Of a stretch of 64,000 bases of DNA, positions 9,393 to 18,630 are shown one piece after another. Location of the stretch: the NCBI GenBank assembly GCA_963702845.1, contig OY969763.1, forward strand, positions 5,440,001 to 5,504,000, given 5' to 3'. Source of the stretch: an uncultured Verrucomicrobiae bacterium. GTDB lineage: Bacteria > Verrucomicrobiota > Verrucomicrobiia > Limisphaerales > Palsa-1400. Every line of letters starts with the position of its first letter. Positions within the stretch are counted from its first letter, which is position 1. The notes under the pieces are model-generated. The model saw only the letters and a list, made by a program, of their open reading frames with translations, was not told the DNA's origin and ran no database searches. Both the position numbers and the translations under genes were made by a program.

Positions 9393-9626
9393 CTACGCGC
9401 TCCATTTCCAATCGCGAATATCCGGCATGTCGTCGCCGTGCTCGCGGATGTAATGTTTGTGTTCCATGAGTTTGTTTTGGATGGCCTGTTTGGCGTAGGC
9501 GGCCCGCGCGCCCAGTTGCGGCAGGCGGTCGATCACGTCGGCGAAGAGATGGAATCGGTCCAGGTCGTTCAAGACGACCATGTCGAAGGGCGTCGTGGTG
9601 GTGCCTTCCTCTTTGTAGCCGCGCAC
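9393..9626 (-). pseudogene. xfp: C-terminal fragment of phosphoketolase
   Basis: [26 protein letters not shown]...[13 protein letters not shown] is the phosphoketolase C-terminus; only 77 codons remain, directly after the NarL regulator stop. Confidence 0.85.
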
Positions 9627-9638
9627 GGCTCTGTTCGC

Positions 9639-10325
9639 TTAAATAATCGTCACCTGCACGCTGCTCTCGATGATGCCCGCGCTGATGGCGTAGCGGGTCA
9701 GGCCGGCGGTGTCGTGGATGTCCAGCTTTGACATCAGGTGTTCGCGATGTTTCTCGACAGTCTTGATCCCAATGCCCAGTTCGTCGGCCGTTTGTTTGTT
9801 GGCTTTGCCTTCGGCGATGAGTTGCAGGACTTCCAGCTCGCGCGAGGTCAGGGTGGAGTGGCGCGATTTGCGGGAACCGGTCCGGGGCGCTTCCTGGACG
9901 TCGCGGCCATTCATGCGTTTGGAGATTTCGTTGGAGAAAAAGCTATTGCCCTGCATGACTTGGCGAATGGCGTCGACGACGAGTTGGGAGGAGGTTTGCT
10001 TGATCAAAAATCCGCGCGCGCCGGCGGCAGCGGCTTCGTCGACATAGGCGTCGTCGCTGTGGGCGGAGAGCATGATGACTCTGGCGGCGGGCGTGGCCAG
10101 GACGATCTGGCGGGCGGCTTCCAGGCCGTTGAGCAAAGGCATGGCGATGTCCATGAGGACGACGTCGGGCCGCACCTTGGCGAACATGGCCACGGCTTCA
10201 CGACCGGTTTTGGCTTCGCCGATGACGTGCATGTCCGCTTCGAGATCGAGCATGCGATGGAAACCTTCGCGGACGATCGTGTGATCTTCGGCGAGGAGGA
10301 TCGAGATTTTCTTAGTGGGCTTCAT
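9639..10325 (-). CDS. NarL/LuxR-family response regulator (REC + HTH)
   Basis: AEDHTIVREG, DVVLMDIAMPLLNG, LTSRELEVLQLIAEG...KTVEKHR. Confidence 0.95.
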   Translation of the reverse strand: MKPTKKISILLAEDHTIVREGFHRMLDLEADMHVIGEAKTGREAVAMFAKVRPDVVLMDIAMPLLNGLEAARQIVLATPAARVIMLSAHSDDAYVDEAAAAGARGFLIKQTSSQLVVDAIRQVMQGNSFFSNEISKRMNGRDVQEAPRTGSRKSRHSTLTSRELEVLQLIAEGKANKQTADELGIGIKTVEKHREHLMSKLDIHDTAGLTRYAISAGIIESSVQVTII

Positions 10326-10334
10326 GATAGATTT

Positions 10335-11891
10335 CTAGTGGGTAGGGCGCGTCGCTCCGCGCGCGCCGTTTTGTTCGGTCTCGGCAGCGGCGCGCACGGA
10401 GCGACGCACCCTACCTGGAGCCGGGGTGACTGGTGCAATGAAAGGAATGATGGCGACGACGGCAGTGCCTTTGCCGGGAGTGGCCTCGATGGAAAATATG
10501 CCGCCAATCATTTCGATGCGCTCGCGCATGCCGAGCAGGCCGAGGCGTTTGCTGGCTTTGAGTTTGGCACTGGCGGTGTTCTTGAAAGATCGGCCGTCGT
10601 CCATGATGCGCATGGAAATGTTTTCGCCGACTCTCTCGATGCGCACTTCGACGCGGGTGGCGTGCGCATGGCGTGCGACGTTGTTGAGCGCTTCCTGCGC
10701 CACGCGGAAAAGAGCGGCGCGGCGGTCTTGATCGAGCTCTTCGATTTTGGCAAAGGCGACGAGGTTGCAATGCACGCCGGATTGCGCCGTGAAAGTCTTC
10801 ATGAACACGTGCAGCGCGGGGACGAGGCCAAGATCATCGAGCACGGCGGGACGAAGTTGGCGCGCGAAATTGTGGACGACATCGACGGCTTTGAGGACGA
10901 GCGCCTGGGTTTCGGCGACGCGGATGTCGAAGCCTTTGCCGAAGTTGCCGGCTTCCTTGGCGAGTAGCGCAAGGCGGACGTTGATGCCGGTGAGCGTCTG
11001 GGCAATGACATCGTGCAATTCGCGGCTGATGCGCTTGCGCTCTTCTTCCTGCGCGTGCAGGACCTGGCGCGAGAGGTTGCGGAGCTGTGCCTGCATGAAC
11101 TCCGATTGTGCCAAAAGGTGAACCTGGTGTTGCTCGCTTTTCTTGAGGGATTTCTCGACGGCCTGGCGTTGGACGATCTCGCGGCGGAGATCGCGGTTGG
11201 ACAAAGCCAATTCCTCGACGCGCAGTTGCGCCTCCTGCGCGCGCTTGAGGGCGGTGATGTCGGAGACGACGACGCGGCACCACTTTTTTGGGCCTTTGGC
11301 GGACGCGGAGCTCGTGCCGTGGAAGTCAGCCCAGAACTTCGTGCCGTTTCCCCGGACGAGCGGCGCTTCGCAAACTTGTTTGCCTGCCCCGCTGAAGACG
11401 CGCTTAAGAAACGCGAGAAAGATGACGCGACTTTCCTGGACGATGAACGACGGCAAATAGCGGTTGAGCAAGTGCGCGCGGCCCAAACCGAGCAGCGACG
11501 CGCCGGTCAGGTTGACTTCCAAAATGCGACCTGCTTCGTCGAGCGAGAGATAACCGACTGGCGCGAAATCGTAGAGGTCGGTGTATTTCTCCAGCAAAGA
11601 TTCCATGCGGCCGCGGGCTTCCTGGAGTTCGGCGTTCTGCATTTCCAGTTCGACATGGTGGACCTGCAACTCGTGCAGGACGCGTTGGGTGTTCACTGCC
11701 ACTTCCGCTTTGGAATGCGCAGCTGCATCTTTGCGCACTTTGATCCGCGCTTCGGCTCGAAGGTAAAGGCCGGTCGTGCCCTCGCGTTCCGCGCGCGGGT
11801 CACCGAACCACGCCTGCGCCGATCGCCGGCGGCGACCGTGATCAGTCGGCTTCGCCGGACGCGTGGGCTTTTTATGCAAGGGACGTTTCAC
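10335..11891 (-). CDS. PAS sensor histidine kinase, HisKA_3 (NarX/UhpB type)
   Basis: EEERKRISRELHDVIAQTL, QEALNNVARHA, LGLLGMRER. Confidence 0.93.
   Translation of the reverse strand: MKRPLHKKPTRPAKPTDHGRRRRSAQAWFGDPRAEREGTTGLYLRAEARIKVRKDAAAHSKAEVAVNTQRVLHELQVHHVELEMQNAELQEARGRMESLLEKYTDLYDFAPVGYLSLDEAGRILEVNLTGASLLGLGRAHLLNRYLPSFIVQESRVIFLAFLKRVFSGAGKQVCEAPLVRGNGTKFWADFHGTSSASAKGPKKWCRVVVSDITALKRAQEAQLRVEELALSNRDLRREIVQRQAVEKSLKKSEQHQVHLLAQSEFMQAQLRNLSRQVLHAQEEERKRISRELHDVIAQTLTGINVRLALLAKEAGNFGKGFDIRVAETQALVLKAVDVVHNFARQLRPAVLDDLGLVPALHVFMKTFTAQSGVHCNLVAFAKIEELDQDRRAALFRVAQEALNNVARHAHATRVEVRIERVGENISMRIMDDGRSFKNTASAKLKASKRLGLLGMRERIEMIGGIFSIEATPGKGTAVVAIIPFIAPVTPAPGRVRRSVRAAAETEQNGARGATRPTH
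10341..10415. repeat. GTAG-type REP doublet inside the 3' end of the kinase ORF
   Basis: GGTAGGGCGCGTCGCTCCGCGCGCGCCG ... CGGCGCGCACGGAGCGACGCACCCTACC long inverted repeat. Confidence 0.7.
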
Positions 11892-11894
11892 TGT

Positions 11895-14723
11895 TTAAGT
11901 TCGTTGCGATTTGAGAGCGTGTTTAGTTTTTTTCGGCGCGACGGCGAGGGCGACGGCGCGTTTGCCATCGCCGCCGTTGCCGCCAACTTTTGCGCCGCGG
12001 TCTACAATGAGTTTTTCCAGGGCGGCCTGTTGCTCGCGTAATTTAATTTCCAAATGCTTGGCAATGGTGATGTCCGCGAAGGTCATGACCACGCCGTCAA
12101 CGCGATCGTCGTTCGTTCGATAAGGCATGATGCGCACGCTGAACCAACGTCCGTCGCGTGTGCTGACCGCCTTTTCGACAAAGCCAAGGGAGCGCAATAC
12201 TTGGCGGGCGTCGGACACGAGTTGCGGGTAGAGCAGATCGGAGGCGAGATCGGTGATGGGCCGGCCGACGTCGCTTGGAATGAGTTTGATAATTTTCGTA
12301 GCCTGCGTGGTGAACCGGCGCACATTGAGGGCCAGATCCAAAAAGAGCGTGGCGATGTCGGTGCTGTTGAGCAGGTTCTTCATGTCGCTGCTCGTCCGGG
12401 ACAACTCGTCGACCTTGACCTGCAATTCGGCGTTGACCGTCTGGAGCTCTTCATTCAACGACTGCATTTCCTCTTTGGAAGTCGTGAGTTCTTCGTTGGC
12501 CGACTGAAGCTCTTCGTTGGTGGATTGTTGCTCCTCGTTGGTCGAGCGCAATTCTTCCTGCGACGTCTGCATTTCTTCCCGTACCGACTGCGCTTCAAGG
12601 CGAGCGAGTTGATATTTTCGCCCCAACTCTTCCATGCGCAAAGTGCGACCCGGATTTTTGTCGGCCTTGGTGGAACGCGGGGATGCGATGGGTTCGGCCG
12701 GCGTGCTAACGTCAGTGAAAACAATCATCACCAGGCCGCGCATCGCTTCCGGTTCGAAAAGCCGTTGCACGGAAATATCCATGAATTGCTGCCCGACGCT
12801 GGTCATGATGTGCAGTCCGCGAACGATTACAGGAGTTTTTTGGTCGAGCGCTTTGTGGAAGGCGTTGCTGATTTCGTCGCGCAAGCCTTCGCGTGCCATG
12901 GCGAAAATGTTCCAATTTGCTTTGCCGGCGGCAGGCTCCAGATATTTGCCCGTCCGTCCGCTGATATAGAGAATGTTGCCCTCTGAATCTGCGAGAACCG
13001 TGGGCGCGGCAAAATGTTCCAAAACAAATTGGTCCGCCACCGACTGAAGACTCACATTCGTTTTTGGTTCAGCAGGCAACTTGACGTCGTCCGGCATGGG
13101 AGAAGCGAACGACGTCGGGAACTGAATCGATTCGGAACGCAACGTGGCTGGCGTCCGTTGAAAGATTCGCAATTTATTGTTCAACGGCGTGAACAGATCG
13201 GAGAAGGTTCCGATAGTTTCCGCACTGCCGAGGAATAAAACGCCGCCGGGACTCAAGCTATAATGAAACAACGGAATGAGTTTCTTCTGCATCTCCGGCG
13301 CGAGATAGATCAGCAAATTGCGACAGCTCAAAACATCCAGTTTGGTAAAGGGCGGGTCCTGAATGAGGCTTTGTTCCGCGAAGATGACCATCTCGCGAAT
13401 CTCGGGCTTCACCCTGTAGCCGCTCTCGTTTTTGGAGAAAAAGCGGCTCATTTGTTTTGGCGAAACGTCAGCGCAAATATTTTCCGGGTAAATGCCCAGG
13501 CGCGCCTTGGCAATCGCGTCCTTGTCCAGGTCGGTGGCAAAAACCTGAAGAGTAATCTTTTTCTTCGGCTTGATCTTGTCCATGACCTCTTTGAAGACCA
13601 TGGCGATGGAATACGCTTCTTCACCCGTGGAACATCCCGGCACCCAAACGCGCAAGACGTGGCCAGCGGGCCTCTTGGCAATCAGTGCGGGAAGAATCTT
13701 TTTGCGCAGTTCTTCCCATGCGGCAGGGTCACGGAAAAAGCTGGTGACGCCGATCAGGAGCTCTTTGAAGAGCAGGTCCAACTCCTGGGAATTCTCCTGC
13801 AGGTAGCGGACGTAATCGGCCATCTTATGGATCTGATGGATCCCCATGCGGCGCTCGATCCGGCGAAAGAATGTGTTTTTCTTGTAAAGAGAAAAGTCGT
13901 GCCCGGTGTGAGTGCGCAGCAGAATGATCGCCTTCTCCACCGTTCCCTGGGCCTTGGTTTCCAGCGCGCTCTCGAGATTGCGTCCGAGCGGAGTGCGCTT
14001 GAGATACGCAACGATCCTGTCCGGCAGATCGTCGACGGGTGCCACGATGTCGGCCAAACCAGCATCAATTGCGCTGCGCGGCATGCCATCGAATTTGGCC
14101 GTTAACGGGTCCTGCACCAAAACGACGCCGCCTTTTTCTTTGATGGCGCGCAAGCCGAGCGTGCCGTCGGAGCCCATGCCGGAGAGAATCACGCCGATGC
14201 TCTGTTCCTGCTGGTCCTGCGCGAGAGAGCGAAGAAAAAAATCAATGGGAAGGCGCAAGCCTCGCGGCGAAGCGGGTGGCAGCAGATGAAGAGTCCGGTG
14301 CAGAATGGACATGTCCTTGTTCGGCGGAATGACATAGACGCGATTCTGCTCGACCTTCATGCGGTCCCTCACCTGGACAACTTTCATCCCGGTCGCACGC
14401 TGCAATAGTTCAGGCATGATGCCTTTGCGCGTCGGATCCAAATGTTGAACAATGACGAAGGCCATGCCGGCATTTTTCGGCACGCGATATAGAAAATGTT
14501 CCAAGGCCTCCAAACCACCGGCGGATGTGCCAATGCCAACTATCGGAAATTTGAGGCGCGATGAGGGTCCGACGGAGAGCTTGCGGCCAGCTTTGGCGGT
14601 CATTTTCGGAGCAATTCGCGCTTTGTTCTTTTTTTTCACATTAACCTTTTCACCGCTCACAGGAGACACAAGAGACTGGCCCTGCTTGCCTTTGAAAGTG
14701 ATGTTCTGACTCCCGCTATTCAT
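11895..14723 (-). CDS. CheB methylesterase-CheR methyltransferase-PAS fusion
   Basis: GIGTSAGG, VQHL and GMGSDG (CheB triad); VTSFFRD, GCSTGEEAYS and CRNLLIY (CheR); NEELQS coiled coil; PAS. Confidence 0.95.
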   Translation of the reverse strand: MNSGSQNITFKGKQGQSLVSPVSGEKVNVKKKNKARIAPKMTAKAGRKLSVGPSSRLKFPIVGIGTSAGGLEALEHFLYRVPKNAGMAFVIVQHLDPTRKGIMPELLQRATGMKVVQVRDRMKVEQNRVYVIPPNKDMSILHRTLHLLPPASPRGLRLPIDFFLRSLAQDQQEQSIGVILSGMGSDGTLGLRAIKEKGGVVLVQDPLTAKFDGMPRSAIDAGLADIVAPVDDLPDRIVAYLKRTPLGRNLESALETKAQGTVEKAIILLRTHTGHDFSLYKKNTFFRRIERRMGIHQIHKMADYVRYLQENSQELDLLFKELLIGVTSFFRDPAAWEELRKKILPALIAKRPAGHVLRVWVPGCSTGEEAYSIAMVFKEVMDKIKPKKKITLQVFATDLDKDAIAKARLGIYPENICADVSPKQMSRFFSKNESGYRVKPEIREMVIFAEQSLIQDPPFTKLDVLSCRNLLIYLAPEMQKKLIPLFHYSLSPGGVLFLGSAETIGTFSDLFTPLNNKLRIFQRTPATLRSESIQFPTSFASPMPDDVKLPAEPKTNVSLQSVADQFVLEHFAAPTVLADSEGNILYISGRTGKYLEPAAGKANWNIFAMAREGLRDEISNAFHKALDQKTPVIVRGLHIMTSVGQQFMDISVQRLFEPEAMRGLVMIVFTDVSTPAEPIASPRSTKADKNPGRTLRMEELGRKYQLARLEAQSVREEMQTSQEELRSTNEEQQSTNEELQSANEELTTSKEEMQSLNEELQTVNAELQVKVDELSRTSSDMKNLLNSTDIATLFLDLALNVRRFTTQATKIIKLIPSDVGRPITDLASDLLYPQLVSDARQVLRSLGFVEKAVSTRDGRWFSVRIMPYRTNDDRVDGVVMTFADITIAKHLEIKLREQQAALEKLIVDRGAKVGGNGGDGKRAVALAVAPKKTKHALKSQRT

Positions 14724-15423
14724 ACCGGTGGCTGTCCAGTTCGCTCGCGACCTCTCGAACGGATTTAACCGACTGTGACACGAGCCGCTGGGTGCTGGCG
14801 ATTTGATTCTTAAGACTTTTGGTATTGCCCTTGGCGCCGCGCCTTAACGACAGCAGCCGGACATTGATGCTCAACAACAACTGCGCCACGTCGTCCTGCA
14901 GTTCGTGGCTCATTTTTTTGCGCTCCGCTTCCTGCGCGGTCAGACCCTTCCGGGCCAACTGCCGCAAACCTTCCTGGAGTTGAAGCGAATCCTTCAGCAG
15001 CTCCATATAATGCTCGCCGCTTTTTTTCAACGTCACTTCCATCGTCTTGTATCGAACGATTCCCTTTTGCAGCAAACGATTGCTGTCGGCCAGTTCGGTC
15101 GTGCGGCGGCTGAGCATTTCGTTAAGCTGGATCACGTCACCATTGCTTTGGCGTGCGGAACGGTGCGTTTGAAAAATCGGAATGAGCGCCTGGGTGAAGA
15201 AAACCTGAGCACGCTTGTTCAGGCGTTCTGCTGTGGGTGATAACTTCAACGTGGCCAGGGCTTTTTCGTGGATGTCGGCCAGTTGCAACGTCTCAAGCCC
15301 AAGTAAAACGGCGCGCTGTCCCATTTGGAGAGCGGGTCGCGATGTTTTGGCCGCACCTTTTCCGAGGTGTTTTCGCAGGGCCGCGACATATTGCTGCGAC
15401 AACTTGTTAAAGTTTTCTTTCAT
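14716..15423 (-). CDS. RsbU_N-like domain plus HisKA_3 phosphoacceptor, lacking HATPase
   Basis: N-terminal QQYVAALRKHL...LADIHEKAL; C-terminal EAERKKMSHELQDDVAQLLL; ends after the DHp helices and overlaps the cheBR start. Confidence 0.7.
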   Translation of the reverse strand: MKENFNKLSQQYVAALRKHLGKGAAKTSRPALQMGQRAVLLGLETLQLADIHEKALATLKLSPTAERLNKRAQVFFTQALIPIFQTHRSARQSNGDVIQLNEMLSRRTTELADSNRLLQKGIVRYKTMEVTLKKSGEHYMELLKDSLQLQEGLRQLARKGLTAQEAERKKMSHELQDDVAQLLLSINVRLLSLRRGAKGNTKSLKNQIASTQRLVSQSVKSVREVASELDSHRYE

Positions 15424-15530
15424 TCTGATTGCCCAACCCATCGCGTCAGTTCGGAGGTTTAACACCCCCCACCTCCCTGGCGCGGGCATTAAATCCACAC
15501 TCAATATCGGGTCAAACCTTCGGGATGTAT

Positions 15531-15548
15531 ATGGGGTAAACACCCCAT
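15531..15548. promoter_or_regulatory. Perfect regulon palindrome between the divergent signalling operon and ohr
   Basis: ATGGGGT-AAAC-ACCCCAT; TAACTT 22 nt downstream on the plus strand. Confidence 0.75.
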
Positions 15549-15637
15549 TGGCCGCCGCTGGATAAGTCGCTAACTTCGATGAACTGGCGGAAAATCACGG
15601 AATCATCAACCCCTCGCTCCCGCTAACACTTACCGAC

Positions 15638-16051
15638 ATGAAAACTTTATTTACATCAGAAGCCATTTCCAAAGGCGCACGGTCCGGGACAGTTAAAACG
15701 CCGGACGGCTTGCTCGACGTTACGTTGGGAAATCCTTTGGAACCGGGCATTGAGAAACGCGGGCCCAATCCCGAACATCTGTTTGCCGCCGCTTACTCGG
15801 CCTGTTACCACGGGGCGCTGATCAATGCCGCGAAAAAACTGGGCACATCAATGGGTGCCTCAACCGTCCGCGCGCTGGTGAGTTTGATTGAGGATGATCA
15901 AGGGGGCTACCGTTTGTCGGTGGAACTTCATGCGCTGATGCCCGGAGTCGAACATAGCCAAGCCGGACGCATCATGGAAGAAGCGCACAAAACCTGCCCT
16001 TATTCCAAAGCGCTCCGCGGCGATACTGCGGTTGAGTTGTTGGTGGACTAG
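15638..16051 (+). CDS. ohr: Ohr-family organic hydroperoxide resistance protein
   Basis: GPNPEHLFAAAYSACY and AHKTCPYSKA motifs. Confidence 0.92.
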   Translation: MKTLFTSEAISKGARSGTVKTPDGLLDVTLGNPLEPGIEKRGPNPEHLFAAAYSACYHGALINAAKKLGTSMGASTVRALVSLIEDDQGGYRLSVELHALMPGVEHSQAGRIMEEAHKTCPYSKALRGDTAVELLVD

Positions 16052-16196
16052 CAGCTCCGCAGGTCATACAGCGTTTCTCTTTAATCGGACGCCGCCCGCC
16101 CGGGAATTCTCCCCAAGGAATAGCCTAGCAGAACATTCCTAGTCGTGGGGTTATGCTCTGTAAAGAGAATATCGGTAATTCAACAATGCGAAATGT

Positions 16197-16511
16197 ATGA
16201 TCTCAAACGAACGCCCCTCGCCATATGGTTCCCCCTCTGAACGGTCGTTCCACGATCGCTCCTATGGGAATGGCCCGCCCAAACCGCGCGCGGACGAAGA
16301 CACGTTAAGAAGGGTAACCTTCAAGATCGAACGCAAAACTTTTATACTTACGCTGAAAGAAAATCCGCGCGGTCGTTTTCTTCGAATCACTGAAGACGTC
16401 AACGGTCGCCGTGACAACGTGATTATTCCTTCGACGGGCCTGGATGAGTTTTCCAAGATCCTGGGCGAGATGGTTAAAGCATCCGCCGAAATTCCGGTGA
16501 AGCCGGCTTAG
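16197..16511 (+). CDS. PUR-alpha-like single-stranded nucleic-acid-binding protein
   Basis: IERKTFILTLKENPRGRFLRITEDVNGRRDNVIIPSTGL. Confidence 0.85.
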   Translation: MISNERPSPYGSPSERSFHDRSYGNGPPKPRADEDTLRRVTFKIERKTFILTLKENPRGRFLRITEDVNGRRDNVIIPSTGLDEFSKILGEMVKASAEIPVKPA

Positions 16512-16563
16512 CTGTCGCTGAAAAAATTCCCCGCTGGGGATTAACGCTAGTCGACGACGATCG

Positions 16564-16580
16564 GAAGGGTTACACCCCAT
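16564..16580 (+). promoter_or_regulatory. Regulon palindrome
   Basis: GAAGGGT-TAC-ACCCCAT; TAGCAT 21 nt downstream. Confidence 0.65.
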
Positions 16581-16614
16581 AGCGAACGTTCCTGAATGCC
16601 GTAGCATCGCGGCC

Positions 16615-17160
16615 ATGAATCGATTCATACACAACCAAATCATAATTGCAGCAGCGGTCGCGCTACTTGCATCCACCGCAGCTTTCGCCGAAGGGAGCAC
16701 TGGATATTCCCAATGCGACCTTTACCGTCCGAATGAACTGTCGCTCGACATGTTCGGCACTGCTTCAGTGGGCAAATACACCATTCACCATTTGTCAGGC
16801 GAACGTATCAGAGACAACACCCGGCTGGGCGCGGGTCTGGGCGGCAACTTTTTCTTCACTAAGTACCTCGGCATTGGCGCCGATGTTTATTCGGAAAATC
16901 TGACGGGCGCATTTATCGACAGCGTCTCGGCCAATGTGATTTTCCGTTTTCCATTGGGCAATAGTGGATTTGCTCCTTATGGCTTTGGCGGCGGCGGCCA
17001 TCAGTTCGATCCGGCTGACGTTTGGTTCGCTCAGTTCGGAACCGGCATGGAATATCGCTTCACTCCGAACATCGGTGCGTTCCTGGATGGCCGCATGGTG
17101 TTTCCGAATGAGACAAAATATTTCGGCGTCCTTCGTCTCGGCTTGCGTTTTCCTTTCTAA
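16615..17160 (+). CDS. Small outer-membrane beta-barrel protein
   Basis: Signal peptide, alternating amphipathic strands, C-terminal LRLGLRFPF. Confidence 0.85.
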   Translation: MNRFIHNQIIIAAAVALLASTAAFAEGSTGYSQCDLYRPNELSLDMFGTASVGKYTIHHLSGERIRDNTRLGAGLGGNFFFTKYLGIGADVYSENLTGAFIDSVSANVIFRFPLGNSGFAPYGFGGGGHQFDPADVWFAQFGTGMEYRFTPNIGAFLDGRMVFPNETKYFGVLRLGLRFPF

Positions 17161-17178
17161 ATAAACCCAGTTCCATTT

Positions 17179-17214
17179 GAGCGCCGGAGGCAATCCTCCG
17201 GCGCTTTTTGTTTT
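17179..17214 (+). terminator. Rho-independent terminator
   Basis: GAGCGCCGGAGG-CAAT-CCTCCGGCGCTT followed by a T-run. Confidence 0.85.
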
Positions 17215-17263
17215 CGGGATCGACGTTCGTGGTCCGACAAAATTTGGGACCAACCAACCACGA

Positions 17264-17280
17264 GTAGGGTTTCACCTAAT
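17264..17280 (+). promoter_or_regulatory. Regulon palindrome
   Basis: GTAGGGT-TTC-ACCTAAT; TAGCCT 23 nt downstream. Confidence 0.5.
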
Positions 17281-17355
17281 AGGTTTATGCCCTGGTGAAG
17301 ACGTAGCCTCAGCATTATCAAAAAAGAGCAATCAATCACCAAAACCAAAATCACT

Positions 17356-17799
17356 ATGAAACATAAAGTATTATTCCTCACCCTTCTTTCTGCCGGCGCA
17401 CTTGTCGTCGGATGCAATCAAGACTCCGCCTCGAAGCAACTCGACAAGGTCGAGGTCAAAACGGCAAACGCGGCCGATGACATGAAAGATTACACTTTCG
17501 CGCAGAAAGCAGAATTTACTGCAAAAATGCAGGCGCAGTTGGTCGACATCAACAAGGACCTCGACACGCTCCAGGCCAAGATTGACAAGTCCAGCGACGC
17601 CGTTAAGGCCGAGTGTAAACCCAAGCTTCAAGTCTTGCGCGATCAGCAGTCCGCACTGGGCAAACAACTGGACCAGGTCAAAGACGCGACTGAATCCACC
17701 TGGGACTCCGTCAAATCCGGCACCAGCAAAGCGTACGCTTCCTTGAAAGAAGGCTTCCAACAATCTCGCCAATGGGTAAGCGACAAAATCGCCCCATAA
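17356..17799 (+). CDS. Helical coiled-coil lipoprotein (hypothetical, stress-protein-like)
   Basis: Lipobox VVG-C; K/D/A/Q-rich amphipathic helices. Confidence 0.8.
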   Translation: MKHKVLFLTLLSAGALVVGCNQDSASKQLDKVEVKTANAADDMKDYTFAQKAEFTAKMQAQLVDINKDLDTLQAKIDKSSDAVKAECKPKLQVLRDQQSALGKQLDQVKDATESTWDSVKSGTSKAYASLKEGFQQSRQWVSDKIAP

Positions 17800-17839
17800 G
17801 CTGCGCACAATTTAAGAATCAAAGGAGGTGAGTGCATTT

Positions 17840-17959
17840 ATGGCAAAGAAAAGTCGAGGCGGTCGAATGACTGCCGCTAAGAAACGGGCCGCAAAAGGAC
17901 CCGGTGGAAAAGGAATGGTCAAAAACCGTCCCGCAGGTCGAAAAATCATGAGCACTTAA
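17840..17959 (+). CDS. 39-aa basic microprotein (not in the ORF track)
   Basis: MAKKSRGGRMTAAKKRAAKGPGGKGMVKNRPAGRKIMST*, preceded by a very strong SD, AAAGGAGGTGA. Confidence 0.65.
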   Translation: MAKKSRGGRMTAAKKRAAKGPGGKGMVKNRPAGRKIMST

Positions 17960-18034
17960 TACTGCTCGAATACAAAAACCGCTCAAGCGCGCCCAGGTTG
18001 AAAAACCTGGGCGCGCTTGAGGTCACAATAAAAT

Positions 18035-18280
18035 ATGAAACACAGAAGACATCAGGATCAGGATCAGAAACCCCTCGGCACACCACGCTCAACGGCGGTC
18101 GCCGCCCCAGCAACCAACGCCATCCCCCACGCGCTAACGGTCGAAGAAGTGGCCAGAAAAGCATACTTCATCTATTTGAGTCAGGGTTCGCCGCACGGAC
18201 GCGAAATGGATCACTGGCTGTCAGCCGAAGCCGAGTTGATCGCCAATGCCAAACCGAATCAACCGCCATTATTTTCCTGA
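18035..18280 (+). CDS. DUF2934-domain protein
   Basis: EEVARKAYFIYLSQGSPHGREMDHWLSAEAEL. Confidence 0.85.
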   Translation: MKHRRHQDQDQKPLGTPRSTAVAAPATNAIPHALTVEEVARKAYFIYLSQGSPHGREMDHWLSAEAELIANAKPNQPPLFS

Positions 18281-18374
18281 TCGCGCCTTTATGAAAACTG
18301 CCAAGAGGTCGGAAGTACCGGTTTTCGCACAGGCCCTCCATTACATTCGCCAGCGGACCGCGTCGAAGACCGTC

Positions 18375-18497
18375 ATGCCTGGCAAATCAAAGAAGCGCGA
18401 CAATACTTTTTCCAAATCCCGCGACACCCGTGAAGACCGCGGCACCCGCCAGGCCAAGACCATGCATAGTTCACGGACGCAATCGCGCGGGCGCTAA
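18375..18497 (+). CDS. Small basic hypothetical protein (alternative start 18291)
   Basis: MPGKSKKRDNTFSKSRDTREDRGTRQAKTMHSSRTQSRGR*. Confidence 0.45.
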   Translation: MPGKSKKRDNTFSKSRDTREDRGTRQAKTMHSSRTQSRGR

Positions 18498-18535
18498 GGA
18501 GCGCCGCCGAAAAGCTGCTGCCTAAGTGTGCTCAG

Positions 18536-18552
18536 TAAGGGTTACACCCCAT
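18536..18552 (+). promoter_or_regulatory. Regulon palindrome
   Basis: TAAGGGT-TAC-ACCCCAT; TACTCT 22 nt downstream. Confidence 0.65.
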
Positions 18553-18630
18553 TGGGCATTCGAAGCCGATCAACTACTCTCTCCTCTGCGCGGAAACTCC
18601 CGTTCGCGGTATCACACGAAAGACACAATT

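Noticed and set aside
4442..14105. Long plus-strand ORFs (4442-5629, 9738-10967, 11013-12041, 12054-12986, 13263-14105)
   Set aside because: Antisense shadows of well-supported minus-strand signalling genes in GC-rich DNA; no recognisable motifs.
11895..14723. Chemotaxis locus
   Set aside because: No cheA, cheW or chemoreceptor; CheB/CheR fusions with PAS domains are a known stand-alone class.
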